From NCBI GenBank assembly GCA_963674735.2, contig CAXXQS010000002.1, positions 608,001-672,000 of the forward strand: a stretch of DNA of 64,000 bases, given 5' to 3'. Shown in pieces: positions 18,877 through 28,521 of this stretch. This stretch comes from Myxococcota bacterium. GTDB taxonomy: Bacteria > Myxococcota_A > SURF-8. The position numbers and the translations under genes were made by a program. The notes under the pieces are model-generated. The model had not been told where the DNA came from, ran no database searches, and worked only from the letters and a program-made list of their open reading frames with translations. Positions within the stretch are counted from its first letter, which is position 1, and every line of letters starts with the position of its first letter.

Positions 18877-21186
18877 TCACGGATGAAACGCGCTACCGCC
18901 TCGCGGCGGCAGGACGCCCTGTCCCTTTCCTTGATTTTCGGCGTTTTTGCGGCGGCTGTCAAGATCCGATGCGGGATCGCGAGAAAGCGTTCCCCGTTCC
19001 CCCACTTGCTTCAGTCCCACCACCCGGTAGAACGTCAGGGTCAGGGTTTTCATATCGTCGGTGAAACCCCGAGTGCGGTTTTCATCGTAAAAACGGTTGG
19101 CGAAGGTCGTCACCTGCAACGGTTCGAGCATAAACTCCGCCTGCATGCGACGGCAGAAGGCTGCCAATGCTTCGGACGGCCGCTTGTCGCAGTGACACAA
19201 CAAACCTTCGTAATAGTATAGCGGCCGGCGCGAATCCCGCAGCAGACGGCGCAACTCGTCGATCCGCTCGCGCGGCGGCGACGGTTCATCGGCGCTTGCA
19301 CCACAAGCAAAGCTATCGAAGTTGAGCGATACCCGACCGCTTTCAAGTTGCGTGGCCAGCGGTTTCATGCGGCTGCCTTTGCCATAACCGGTATACTCGA
19401 CCACCCGCGCCCCGGCCGGAATGCGCTCGCGCAGCGACATAACGAAGTCGTACTCATGCATGGAATTGAAATCGGTATCGCGCACATAGTCCAGCTTCAA
19501 AAAAGCGCTCCCCATTACGAGCGCCGCCAGCAGCAAGGCCACCCCGCGCGGCCGCAGGTCGCACAGCCAGAGAAAGCCGCCCGCCATCAGCAAGGTAAAG
19601 GGCTGCACCAGATGCAGGTGGTAACGCGCCTGCATCTCGATACGTCCCGGCAAAACGTAGGTGTGAAACAGGATGAACAGCAGCAAGGTCACTCCCAGCA
19701 TCACCGCCAGCCGAACGTTCTTTTTCATCAGATAAACGAATCCGGCGACGGCGGCCAGCAGGTAGAGCGGCGGTGTTATGCGAAATTGAATCAGGCTGTT
19801 GTAGTTGGGATCGAACAAGACATCGGCGAAGCGCCATAACAGATCCGGCGTCAACGCGTCTTTCGTTCGTTCGGCATGCTTGACGAACAGGGAAACGACT
19901 GTCCCGCCGCCCATGAGCGCCAGGGTAAAAGTCCCCACTCCCACGCGCCGCCACCGACTCGCTTCGGGGATGGGCAGATAAAACAGGATCGCGGCCATGG
20001 GAACGATGAATACGCCGTTGAGCGGCCGCGCCTCGACAAGAGCGTAACAGATCGGAAAAAAAACCAGCCCCGCAAAGATCCGCGTCCGCCACCTGCGCTC
20101 GACGAGCAGAGCATGCACGAGCGAAAGCGCGCAGGACGCCAGCAACAGCGAAGGAATGAACATGACTTCGCTTTGCGAAAAGCGGATGTGATTGGGCAAC
20201 AAGGCCACCGCCAGCGCCGCCGCCGCCGCCGCCCGTTCGTCACGGAACAGGTAGCGCGCATGCACGTAAAGCGCCAGCGGAGTGACGACCGCATAAGCGA
20301 AGCTGCCCCAGCGCACCGCCTCACCAAGCGGCACGCGCCAACCGAAATAGGCGCTCGCCCATCGAAACAGCTCCGAGTCGTAAAAAATCGCGCCGCCGAT
20401 GCCGGAGCGGTCGAAAGGCCAGGGCCCCATGCCCGTCGGAACACTGAGCCCCAGACGCAACCCCGCCCCCAAGGCCAAAATCGCCACCAGGTAAAGCGGG
20501 GAGATACGGCGCAGGCCGTCGAGCGGGCTCACAGCCAGCAATCCCATGCTGAGAACGATCAGCAGCAACCAGAAGACCGCGTCTTGGAAGACAAGATGAA
20601 TCAACCGTTGAGTATAGAAGTGAACGAACCCCTTGCGGGCTTCGCGCTCCGAAAAAGATACGGCGGCATCGCGCCACAGACAATTCCGGTCGTTTCGATG
20701 CACCGCCCGGATCAGGCGTTCGAGCACCTGCTTCCCCGCGTCCGACAAACCCTGCCGTTGGGGAATCAGAGCGAAACAGGCGCTCCGGGTATGGGCGCGG
20801 CCGGCGACCGCGTCCGCATGGGTGAGCGTCAGGGTGGCGGTTTCACCGCTTGCCGATTCGAGCGCCGTCAGAACGATCGCGGAATCGCGGATAAGCAAGC
20901 CGTCGAAAAGCCAACCCGGCATCACCTCCGCATCCAAGGTATAGGGGGCGAAGAGGGCGAGAATCCGTTCTTCCTGACCGCTCGGCAGGCTGGGCCGATG
21001 CGTCGGAGATGCAACAACCGCCCATAGAACCGCCAGCAACCCGCCGACGGCCAGCACAGCCGCCGCGATCAGGCCAAGACGTTTCGTACGGGTCCATCCG
21101 TTGCCGCCGGACAGACCGTCTGCGGCGGAAGGGTCGGACCGTCGCGAATCGTCCGGTCCCGCATTGGATGGCCCCCGATGTGTCAT
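18877..21186 (-). CDS. Polytopic membrane protein, GT-C glycosyltransferase-like
   Basis: N-terminal TM plus periplasmic domain, many TM segments, 'LPNHIRFSQSEVMFIP', C-terminal soluble domain 'YYYEGLLC'. ATG lies 2 nt after the S8 gene stop. Confidence 0.6.
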   Translation of the reverse strand: MTHRGPSNAGPDDSRRSDPSAADGLSGGNGWTRTKRLGLIAAAVLAVGGLLAVLWAVVASPTHRPSLPSGQEERILALFAPYTLDAEVMPGWLFDGLLIRDSAIVLTALESASGETATLTLTHADAVAGRAHTRSACFALIPQRQGLSDAGKQVLERLIRAVHRNDRNCLWRDAAVSFSEREARKGFVHFYTQRLIHLVFQDAVFWLLLIVLSMGLLAVSPLDGLRRISPLYLVAILALGAGLRLGLSVPTGMGPWPFDRSGIGGAIFYDSELFRWASAYFGWRVPLGEAVRWGSFAYAVVTPLALYVHARYLFRDERAAAAAALAVALLPNHIRFSQSEVMFIPSLLLASCALSLVHALLVERRWRTRIFAGLVFFPICYALVEARPLNGVFIVPMAAILFYLPIPEASRWRRVGVGTFTLALMGGGTVVSLFVKHAERTKDALTPDLLWRFADVLFDPNYNSLIQFRITPPLYLLAAVAGFVYLMKKNVRLAVMLGVTLLLFILFHTYVLPGRIEMQARYHLHLVQPFTLLMAGGFLWLCDLRPRGVALLLAALVMGSAFLKLDYVRDTDFNSMHEYDFVMSLRERIPAGARVVEYTGYGKGSRMKPLATQLESGRVSLNFDSFACGASADEPSPPRERIDELRRLLRDSRRPLYYYEGLLCHCDKRPSEALAAFCRRMQAEFMLEPLQVTTFANRFYDENRTRGFTDDMKTLTLTFYRVVGLKQVGERGTLSRDPASDLDSRRKNAENQGKGQGVLPPRGGSAFHP

Positions 21187-21188
21187 CG

Positions 21189-24100
21189 TCAGTCCACGAT
21201 TGCGGCGTTGTTTTTGCGCCGCCGACATAGCGCCAGCAGCGACATTAACAGCAGCATGATACTTGCAGCGGTTTCTCCACCTTGCCGACAACCCCCATCC
21301 CCGCTATCGTCAAGCACTTGAGGCAAAGGGACGTCGTTTGCGGGCGCGGCATCGCCGCAGGCCTGATCCAGACACCCGCGCGCGCCGCAGTTCTGCGTGA
21401 CAAACCATTCCCGCCCGGTGCGGTCGCACTGCATCAGCCAGTCGCCCTGGCACTGTTTGAAACCGGGCACACAAACCAAACCGGTGTCGCCGTCGGGCTC
21501 GTCGCCGTCCGGGTCATCACCGTCGGGCTCGTCGCCATCGGGCTCATCGCCGTCGGGCTCGGCGGCGTCGGGAACACAGAAGTTGGTGGCGGGATCGCAA
21601 ATTTCATCCGCCGCGCAGTCACCATCGACCACGCAGGCCATACACACCTTGTAGGTCGGATGGCAGACGGGAAACGCGGCTTCCGTGCAGTCGGCGTCGT
21701 CCTCGCATAAAAAGCCCGCAAGCGGAATCGTCTCGTCGCGCTCGCCGAAAGCGTTGTTGTGGTGAAGCAGAAGCGCTCCCAAAACGAGTTGCTCGCGACA
21801 GGCCTCGCGATCCACCGCGACCCCGAGCGTCGCGCCGTCTTGGTCTTCAAGGGTGGAGCGCAGGTCGTCGTCCCGCTCGAAATCCAAACAGGGCCGCGCC
21901 AGGTCCACGAGATGGCGTCGCCCCGTATCGAGCATGGTTTCGGTTTGAAAATAAAAACGCGTGTTCGTCGGGGAAAGACCGATCAGGTCGGCCGGGACGC
22001 TCAGCACCATGGCATCGCTCATGAAGGCCGGAATGGCGGCTTCGTCGGCCGGGTAGCCGTTCAAATAGGTCAAACCTTCGACGTCGCCGCTGCGCGCGTT
22101 GATGCACCAGGCCGCGTAGACATCCGTGTCGTAGAGATCGTTCATCAGGTAGTAATCGGGCTGGCCATCCAGGTTGGTGTCGAGTGAAATGTAAAAACGC
22201 GCCTCCACCGGGCTGCCCCAGACGCCGTGAGTGACGACGGCGAAAGCGATCCTCACCTCGTCCATGGAGCCGTCCGCCGCCATCACGGCGGTGTAATTGG
22301 AATTGACGCCGACGGTTTTGAGGTCGTACAGGTCGGCCAGATCCGGATCGTACCCGATGGGCAGACCGTAAGGATCGTCATCGGCGCTGTTTTCGCGCCA
22401 CTCGAAGGGCGTCAACAGGGAAATCACGTCCTGCGGAATATTCTCGCCGGTGTGGACGCCCGTCCCTTCGAGATGCAGAGTGGCGACACCGCTTGACGCC
22501 TCTTCCTGAAGCAGGGTCTCGCTGGCGGACATGGCCGAAGCCGGACGCGGCACGGCCAACAGCGGCACCCGTAGAATCGGCTCGCCTTCCGGCGGCGACA
22601 GCAGAATCAGTCCCGTCTCCTCGGCCAGCCAGAAACGCGGCTGTTCGGAGCTTTCCAAAAAAGTGTCGAGGGTGGGGGCGGGTGTCCGTTTGAGGGCGGC
22701 CGGATCGACGTCCACCTTAACCGCCCAATCGGCGAAAGCGCCCGGCTGAATCGTCACGGCGTCCGCGTCGGTCAGCGTCACCGTCACCCCCGGCAGATCG
22801 ACCGCCGTCGCATAAGCAGCTTCAAGCGTCACGGGAGTCTCGCCCTTGTTGAGCACCCGCAGATTGCGCGTTTCGCTGGTCGGCTCCACCACGTCGAGCA
22901 GGGCATAGCTCAGGCTCACACGGCTCGGGGCCTCCGCGTCAAACGCGATCAGGTCGCGTTCGAGGGCGGCGGCGGCATCCACACGTCCCGCTCCGGCACG
23001 CGTCGGCGAAAGCGGCGGCAGATCATCACGACCCAATAACGAAACAGCATGCCCGGCGGTGTTCATGGCCAGCGCCTTGAGTTCGGCCACCGTCCAGTCG
23101 GGGTGGGCCTGGCGCAACAAGGCCATCACGCCGCACATATGCGGACAAGCCATGGAGGTGCCCGAGGTGGCGTAGCCGTCCGAGCCGCTCAAGGTGGCGG
23201 CGGAATACACGGAAACACCTGGAGCGGCGATGTCGGGTTTCAGGTAGGGCTGCAACCGATTGTGGGAGGGACCGCGCGAGGAGAAGTCTCCCAGGGAGTC
23301 GGCCAGTTCGGGGCGCTGGACTTCATTGTCGGCGATCGTGACGGTTACGGGGTCGCCCGCGATGGCCGCACGCAACAGCACGCCGTCGTCCTGCGCGATC
23401 ATCAGAGACGGGATCGTCAGGTCGGAGCCGGTGCCGCCCATCTGAATGGCCCAGCCCGGTTCGTTGTTGATGACCACCGCGCCGATGGCCCCGGCGTCCT
23501 GCACGCGGCGGATCTTGCTGACGAAAGTGCAGTCGCCGCGCTCGATCAGCGCCACCTTGCCGGAAAGAGCGGCGGCGTTTCCCAGATCCGCACAGGCATC
23601 GACGGGTTGGGCTGCCATAAGCTGTCCGCTGACTCCTTCGGCGGTCAGGCTTGGACCGAAGCTGGCCGAGCTGGCGATGTAATCGCCCGCCACATCCTGG
23701 GGTTCGTCGACACGCAGAGCCAGAAAGGCCATGCCATCGTGCCAGGTGGCGGCCACGGCCAACACGCCCTCGCCGGTGGACGGCGCGCCGCTCACAAAAG
23801 TCGTATCGCCCTCGTTACCGGCGGCAGCCACCACGATCACCCCGGCGGCGACCGCGTTTTCATATACCCGGTTTTCGAAATCCCCGGTGCTGCCGTAGGA
23901 ACCGCCCAGCGACAGGTTCACCACGTCGAGGTGATCGGCGAAATCGCCGTCGTCGTTGGGGTCCACGGCCCATTCCATGGCACGCGCGGCCAGGGTGGTG
24001 GACCCGCTGCCGAAGACCTTGAGCGCCAGCAGTTGCGCTTCCGGCGCGACACCGGGACCGATGCCCAGCGCGTCGAAGGGCAGGCTCTGATTGTAGGGAC

Positions 24101-24932
24101 CATCGAAGCTCAAGCCCTCGGCATCGACGCCCGTTCCGGCAATGGTCCCGGCAACGTGCGTCCCGTGTCCGATGACGGTGTCCATGGGGTCGGGATCGGG
24201 CTCGGGTTCGTCGGTGGAACTGTTTTCGGGGTTGTAGTTTTCACCCGCAAAGTCGTAGCCGCCCACCACTTTGGCGGTCGGGAAGGTCACGTCGCCGAGC
24301 ACGGTGGGATCGTTGGCATCGTAGTCGCTCTGACTGCCCGCACCGCCGAAATCGGCGTGCAGGTAATCGATACCGCTATCGATCACGCCGATGCGCACGC
24401 TTTGCCCGGTGAGATCCACCCCGAGCTGGGTCCAGGCCTGGGCCGCTCCGATGAGCGGCACGCCGTGGGCGTTCAGCGGTTTGCGCAGCGGCACGGGATA
24501 GACGGCCCGCAGCCCCGGCAGACGGCGCAGGGCGGCGAGTCGATCGCGTTCGATGCGTACCACCGCGCCGTTGAACAGGCGCGACAGGGTGTAATCGATC
24601 CGCAGACCGGGTACCGTCAGCAGGCTGGGCAGCAACGCCGCCTGCTCGTCGAGAATGCGCCGGTGCTGCGCGACGGCGTTCCGACGGGCGACGGCCTCCA
24701 CCTGGGCACGTGCACCCTTCAAGCGGCTTAGCGTCTCGGCATACACGCGAGCGGCCGGGGGCGTCTCGAATTCCACGGCCACGAACAGGCGGCCATCGGG
24801 AAGCGCGTGAAAGCCCGAAGCCACCGAAGCTTGCGGCACGGGCAGACGCTGGTCGGCCATGGCCCACGGCAGCGACAGGCTGGAAAGAACGAACAAAAAC
24901 AGAACGGCAACGAAAAGGCGGGTGCGCGGCAT
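21189..24932 (-). CDS. Secreted S8 subtilase with PA domain, C-terminal Cys modules, DGD repeat and Cys/TM/Arg sorting signal
   Basis: Signal peptide; catalytic triad VIDSG(D), HGTHVAG(H), GTSMACP(S); oxyanion AAGN; PA insert 'ALIERGDCTF..K'; tail GGCRQ-hydrophobic-RRRK. Confidence 0.92.
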   Translation of the reverse strand: MPRTRLFVAVLFLFVLSSLSLPWAMADQRLPVPQASVASGFHALPDGRLFVAVEFETPPAARVYAETLSRLKGARAQVEAVARRNAVAQHRRILDEQAALLPSLLTVPGLRIDYTLSRLFNGAVVRIERDRLAALRRLPGLRAVYPVPLRKPLNAHGVPLIGAAQAWTQLGVDLTGQSVRIGVIDSGIDYLHADFGGAGSQSDYDANDPTVLGDVTFPTAKVVGGYDFAGENYNPENSSTDEPEPDPDPMDTVIGHGTHVAGTIAGTGVDAEGLSFDGPYNQSLPFDALGIGPGVAPEAQLLALKVFGSGSTTLAARAMEWAVDPNDDGDFADHLDVVNLSLGGSYGSTGDFENRVYENAVAAGVIVVAAAGNEGDTTFVSGAPSTGEGVLAVAATWHDGMAFLALRVDEPQDVAGDYIASSASFGPSLTAEGVSGQLMAAQPVDACADLGNAAALSGKVALIERGDCTFVSKIRRVQDAGAIGAVVINNEPGWAIQMGGTGSDLTIPSLMIAQDDGVLLRAAIAGDPVTVTIADNEVQRPELADSLGDFSSRGPSHNRLQPYLKPDIAAPGVSVYSAATLSGSDGYATSGTSMACPHMCGVMALLRQAHPDWTVAELKALAMNTAGHAVSLLGRDDLPPLSPTRAGAGRVDAAAALERDLIAFDAEAPSRVSLSYALLDVVEPTSETRNLRVLNKGETPVTLEAAYATAVDLPGVTVTLTDADAVTIQPGAFADWAVKVDVDPAALKRTPAPTLDTFLESSEQPRFWLAEETGLILLSPPEGEPILRVPLLAVPRPASAMSASETLLQEEASSGVATLHLEGTGVHTGENIPQDVISLLTPFEWRENSADDDPYGLPIGYDPDLADLYDLKTVGVNSNYTAVMAADGSMDEVRIAFAVVTHGVWGSPVEARFYISLDTNLDGQPDYYLMNDLYDTDVYAAWCINARSGDVEGLTYLNGYPADEAAIPAFMSDAMVLSVPADLIGLSPTNTRFYFQTETMLDTGRRHLVDLARPCLDFERDDDLRSTLEDQDGATLGVAVDREACREQLVLGALLLHHNNAFGERDETIPLAGFLCEDDADCTEAAFPVCHPTYKVCMACVVDGDCAADEICDPATNFCVPDAAEPDGDEPDGDEPDGDDPDGDEPDGDTGLVCVPGFKQCQGDWLMQCDRTGREWFVTQNCGARGCLDQACGDAAPANDVPLPQVLDDSGDGGCRQGGETAASIMLLLMSLLALCRRRKNNAAIVD
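21486..21560 (-). repeat. 15-bp coding tandem repeat, 5 units ([E/D]PDGD)
   Basis: 75 bp encoding EPDGDEPDGDEPDGDDPDGDEPDGD. Confidence 0.88.
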
Positions 24933-25074
24933 GTGTGTCCTCTCGGATGATGGGAACAAACACCCCAGCCCGATTCCGGTCGGGGCATCTTTGACAACCC
25001 GATAGTCATAGTATGTTTTGCAAGGAGCTTCAAGGGATTTTGCGGTCAGCACCCGAAAATAAGGGGGGAGGCGG

Positions 25075-25190
25075 CCGGGGTCGGCAGGATTACACCTAAT
25101 CCCCGACCGCCCAGGTGGATCACTCGCCCGATGGTGGAGCTTTTTGTACCAGGTGGGCGAGTTCAAGGCGCGTTTGGGGGCGCGCCTTAT
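25075..25190. ncRNA. Candidate structured RNA (three consecutive hairpins), family unassigned
   Basis: GGTCGG/CCGACC with GGATTA/TAATCC; ACTCGCCC/GGGCGAGT with TGGT/ACCA; AAGGCGCG/CGCGCCTT. All lie in an intergenic gap. Confidence 0.35.
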
Positions 25191-25255
25191 AGACTAAAGA
25201 ATCAAACCGCCATTCGAATTCGGCAAAGCTGAAACATCTGAGATAGGCGATTTCA

Positions 25256-25291
25256 GACTGACATGTCATTCCAACGACTGACACGTCATTC
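25256..25291. promoter_or_regulatory. Tandem palindromic operator-like sites
   Basis: GACTGACATGTCATTC (25256-25271) and GACTGACACGTCATTC (25276-25291): 20-bp period, core TGAC-NN-GTCA. Confidence 0.55.
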
Positions 25292-25426
25292 TATACTCAA
25301 ATTAGCGGAGAAGGTCAACAAAAAAATGAGACCATAGTTTCAGGTTATGTAGCCTTGTTTACAACCGGCGATCCGAACGGTCGCCGAAATGGAAGGTCTA
25401 CCATCGCGAAGACGCTCCCGTTTCGC

Positions 25427-25852
25427 TTACAGCGAGGGTCCCTTGCCGCCCAACCCCACGATGGTGTCGAACTCACGGCGGGAAAGCGGCATGACGGACA
25501 GACGCGCCTGCTTGATCAGCGCAATCTCGGCCAGGGCGGGCTCGGCCTTGATTGTGGCCAGGGTCACGGGCTGCTTGAGCGGAAACACAGGCTTCACGTC
25601 CACCACCGACCAGCGCGGGTCGTCGCTGGTGGGATCGGGGTAGGGATCGCTGACCACTTCGGCCACCCCCACCACCGCCTTGGCCTTCACCGAGTGGTAA
25701 AAGAGCGCCCGGTCGCCCGGGCGCATGTCGCGCAGATTGTTGCGGGCCTGATAATTGCGCACGCCGTCCCAGTGATCGCGCCCCAATTCGACCAGATCAT
25801 CCCAACTGTACGTAGACGGTTCGCTTTTCAATAGCCAGTAGTTACGACGCAT
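25427..25852 (-). CDS. EVE domain protein
   Basis: YWLLKSEP, WDGVRNYQARNNLR.M..GD...FYHS, RLSVMP. Confidence 0.95.
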   Translation of the reverse strand: MRRNYWLLKSEPSTYSWDDLVELGRDHWDGVRNYQARNNLRDMRPGDRALFYHSVKAKAVVGVAEVVSDPYPDPTSDDPRWSVVDVKPVFPLKQPVTLATIKAEPALAEIALIKQARLSVMPLSRREFDTIVGLGGKGPSL

Positions 25853-25865
25853 CGGTCCCTCTCCC

Positions 25866-26324
25866 TCAGCCCGCCAGATCCTTGTAGACGCGCTCGGCGT
25901 GGCCTTTGGCGCGCACGTTTTTAAATTGCTTCAGCAGCACGCCCTTGGCGTCGAAGACGAAGGTACTGCGAATGGTGCCCATGGAAACCTTGCCGTAGTT
26001 TTTCTTCTCGCCCCAGGCACCCAACTCGGCCAGCAACGTGGTTTCGGGATCGGACAAGAGCGGGAACGTCAATTCGAATTTGTCGGTGAAATTACAGTGG
26101 CTTTTAACTGAATCCTTCGAGATGCCCACCACTTCATAGCCGAGGGCTTTGAAATCCTCCAGCCGGTCGCGAAAGTCCTGGGCTTCGGTGCTGCAGCCGG
26201 GGGTGTTGTCACGCGGATACGCGTATAAAATCAGACCCTTTTCACCGCTTAATTCCTTAAACGATCGATCGTCGCCACTTTGGTCGGGACGTTTGAATGC
26301 CTTCAGCTTGTCTCCTATCTCCAT
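25866..26324 (-). CDS. bcp: Peroxiredoxin Bcp/PrxQ
   Basis: YPRDNTPGCSTEA (peroxidatic Cys), 'SHCNF', FPLLSD, RSTFV. GAGGAGG RBS. Confidence 0.92.
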   Translation of the reverse strand: MEIGDKLKAFKRPDQSGDDRSFKELSGEKGLILYAYPRDNTPGCSTEAQDFRDRLEDFKALGYEVVGISKDSVKSHCNFTDKFELTFPLLSDPETTLLAELGAWGEKKNYGKVSMGTIRSTFVFDAKGVLLKQFKNVRAKGHAERVYKDLAG

Positions 26325-26478
26325 GGTCGCCTCCTCGGGTTGAACGGGGTTGTGCGGCACTTCGGCCGCTTTATAGCTTACCCGATGGATGGGGATTGGG
26401 AGGCAGGCATTCCGAAATTTTCATCCCGGCCGGAGCATCATGAAAAACCGGCTGCCCTTTCAGCGATTAATGGGGACA

Positions 26479-28521
26479 TCAGGCATCCAGCGTTTCCCGC
26501 ACGCGGCGAGCGAGGTCTTGTGGGCGATACGGTTTTCCCAGAAAACTCAAGCCTTTGTCCAGCATTCCGCGCGAGGTAATCGTGTCTTCGGCATAACCGG
26601 AGGTATACAAAATTTTCAGCTCGCTCAGTTGCCGTTTCAGGTATTCGGCCAATTGACGCCCGTTCATTCCGGGCATGACCACGTCGGTGAGCAATAAATC
26701 GATCGGCGGCTTTTCTCGTTCGAACAACGCCATGGCCACCGTGCCGTTTTCGGCTTCAATGACCTGATAGCCGAGCTTTTTGAGAATTTTCACCGAGATA
26801 TTGCGCACCAGAACATCGTCTTCAGCCAGTAAAATGGTTTCGTTACCGCCGGGAAGATCGGCCTCATCCTTGACCGGTTTGGTTTCCACCTGTTTTTCCG
26901 ACGAGTCCGCCAGGGGGAAATACAGGTTGAAACAGGTGCCTTTACCCGGCTGCGAATCGACCTCGATGCTGCCGCCGTGCTGCTTGACGATCCCGTAGAC
27001 GGTGGAGAGCCCCAACCCCGTGCCCATCTCTTTCGGCTTGGTGGTGAAAAACGGCTCGAAAACACGATTCGCAACTTCGGGGTCCATCCCCGTTCCGGTA
27101 TCTTCTACCGATAAATGCAGATATTTTCCAATTGTTACGTAGGGGTGGTCCACTACATAGTCGGAATCGAGCGTGCAACGGTTGATTTCGAGGGTCAGGC
27201 TCCCGGCCGCCGGCATGGCGTCACGGGCGTTGATCGCCAGGTTGAGCAGGATCTGCTCGATCTGCCCCTTATCCGCTTTGATGAACGCATCGGGCGAAGC
27301 GGAGTGAATGATCAGCTTGATGTCCTCACGCATTACTCGCTGCAACATCTTGCGCAAATCCTCGATCAATCCCGTTAAATTCAACACCTTCGGGTCGATC
27401 ATCTGCTTACGGCTGAAGGTGAGCAGTTGACGGTTGAGCGCGGCAGCCCGCACGACGGCATGGCTGATTTCGTCGATACATTCGACGGCCGGATTTTCGG
27501 GATCCAAATCGATGCGGGCCAAAGCGGCGTTGCCTTCGATCCCGGTGAGCAGGTTGTTGAAGTCGTGCGCGACTCCTCCCGCCAGCCGACCCACCGCCTC
27601 CATTTTCTGGGACTGCAGAAGCTGTCCTTCCAGTCGTTCCTTATCACGCAACGTTTGAACGGCCTTGCAACGTTCCGTAATATCAACCATATTGGCCAAT
27701 CGAGCGGGTGCGCCGAAATAAAGGATGGTCGAGGTACGGACCTTGAGCCAGCGGTCGTCCCGCCGGATTTGCATGTCAAATTCAGGGGGCAACGAGTCGT
27801 TTCCGCTCTGAAGCAGATGATGGGCGAACAGTTTCTCGAAATTCTGTTTCGAGAAACCGGCGACTCCCAGGTCGAGCCAGTCGGCGGCCTGGGGATTATG
27901 GTAGACGATGCGCCCGTTCTGCTCGACCAGCACCCCGTTGGGCGAGCTACTGAGAATCGCCAGGTAGCTGTCTTTGGCGCATTCGAGCTTTCGTTGTTGC
28001 TCCATACTGTGCCACAAACCGATGATTTGACTGACGATAAGGTGGCCGACTTCGAGATCCTCGTTGGAAAAAGGCGGACGGATTTTGTTGTGCAGGGTCA
28101 ACACGCCCATCAGCGAACCATCCAGATTTTTGAGCGGATAGCCGAGAATCGAGCCGTTGCGATAGCCGGAATAGCCGGATCCGCCCACGGAACGGTTGTG
28201 TTGGATGTCCGAGATTATAATGGGTTTTCCATGACTGACGAGTCGGCCGATGATCGAATCGGGGCGCGCGGGTAAGGAAATTTCGTTGTGTTGGTGGCCG
28301 GGATCCAGGCTGTGCATCCAAATCAGACTATTTTCTTTGCGGCGGTACAAGCTGCCGCCGGTGACGCCCATGTGTTCGGCGAACAGACGCATCACCTGCG
28401 GAGCCAACTCCGCCTCGCTGCGGTATTCCACCAGTTTGAGGGTATTTTCACGGATACGCCGCAGGCGTTTAAGATCCGTACGAGATTCATCATTTGTGGG
28501 TTGATAGGCCTGGTTCATCAC
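26479..28521 (-). CDS. Hybrid sensor kinase GAF-PAS-HisKA-HATPase-REC
   Basis: GGVAHDFNNLL, NLAINARDAM, DTGTGM, FEPFFTTK, GTGLGL; C-terminal receiver 'LLAEDD...TDVVMP...KP'. Confidence 0.93.
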   Translation of the reverse strand: MMNQAYQPTNDESRTDLKRLRRIRENTLKLVEYRSEAELAPQVMRLFAEHMGVTGGSLYRRKENSLIWMHSLDPGHQHNEISLPARPDSIIGRLVSHGKPIIISDIQHNRSVGGSGYSGYRNGSILGYPLKNLDGSLMGVLTLHNKIRPPFSNEDLEVGHLIVSQIIGLWHSMEQQRKLECAKDSYLAILSSSPNGVLVEQNGRIVYHNPQAADWLDLGVAGFSKQNFEKLFAHHLLQSGNDSLPPEFDMQIRRDDRWLKVRTSTILYFGAPARLANMVDITERCKAVQTLRDKERLEGQLLQSQKMEAVGRLAGGVAHDFNNLLTGIEGNAALARIDLDPENPAVECIDEISHAVVRAAALNRQLLTFSRKQMIDPKVLNLTGLIEDLRKMLQRVMREDIKLIIHSASPDAFIKADKGQIEQILLNLAINARDAMPAAGSLTLEINRCTLDSDYVVDHPYVTIGKYLHLSVEDTGTGMDPEVANRVFEPFFTTKPKEMGTGLGLSTVYGIVKQHGGSIEVDSQPGKGTCFNLYFPLADSSEKQVETKPVKDEADLPGGNETILLAEDDVLVRNISVKILKKLGYQVIEAENGTVAMALFEREKPPIDLLLTDVVMPGMNGRQLAEYLKRQLSELKILYTSGYAEDTITSRGMLDKGLSFLGKPYRPQDLARRVRETLDA

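Noticed and set aside
18853-18879. The GT-C-like gene and hflX are in the same frame, separated by a single TGA (possible readthrough or selenocysteine fusion)
   Set aside because: No SECIS-like hairpin follows the TGA, an SD-like sequence precedes hflX, and the fusion is topologically implausible. Being in frame is a 1-in-3 chance.
24933-25166. 78-codon N-terminal extension of the S8 ORF from TTG 25166
   Set aside because: The signal peptide and a GAGG RBS point to ATG 24932, and the extension runs through the hairpin region.
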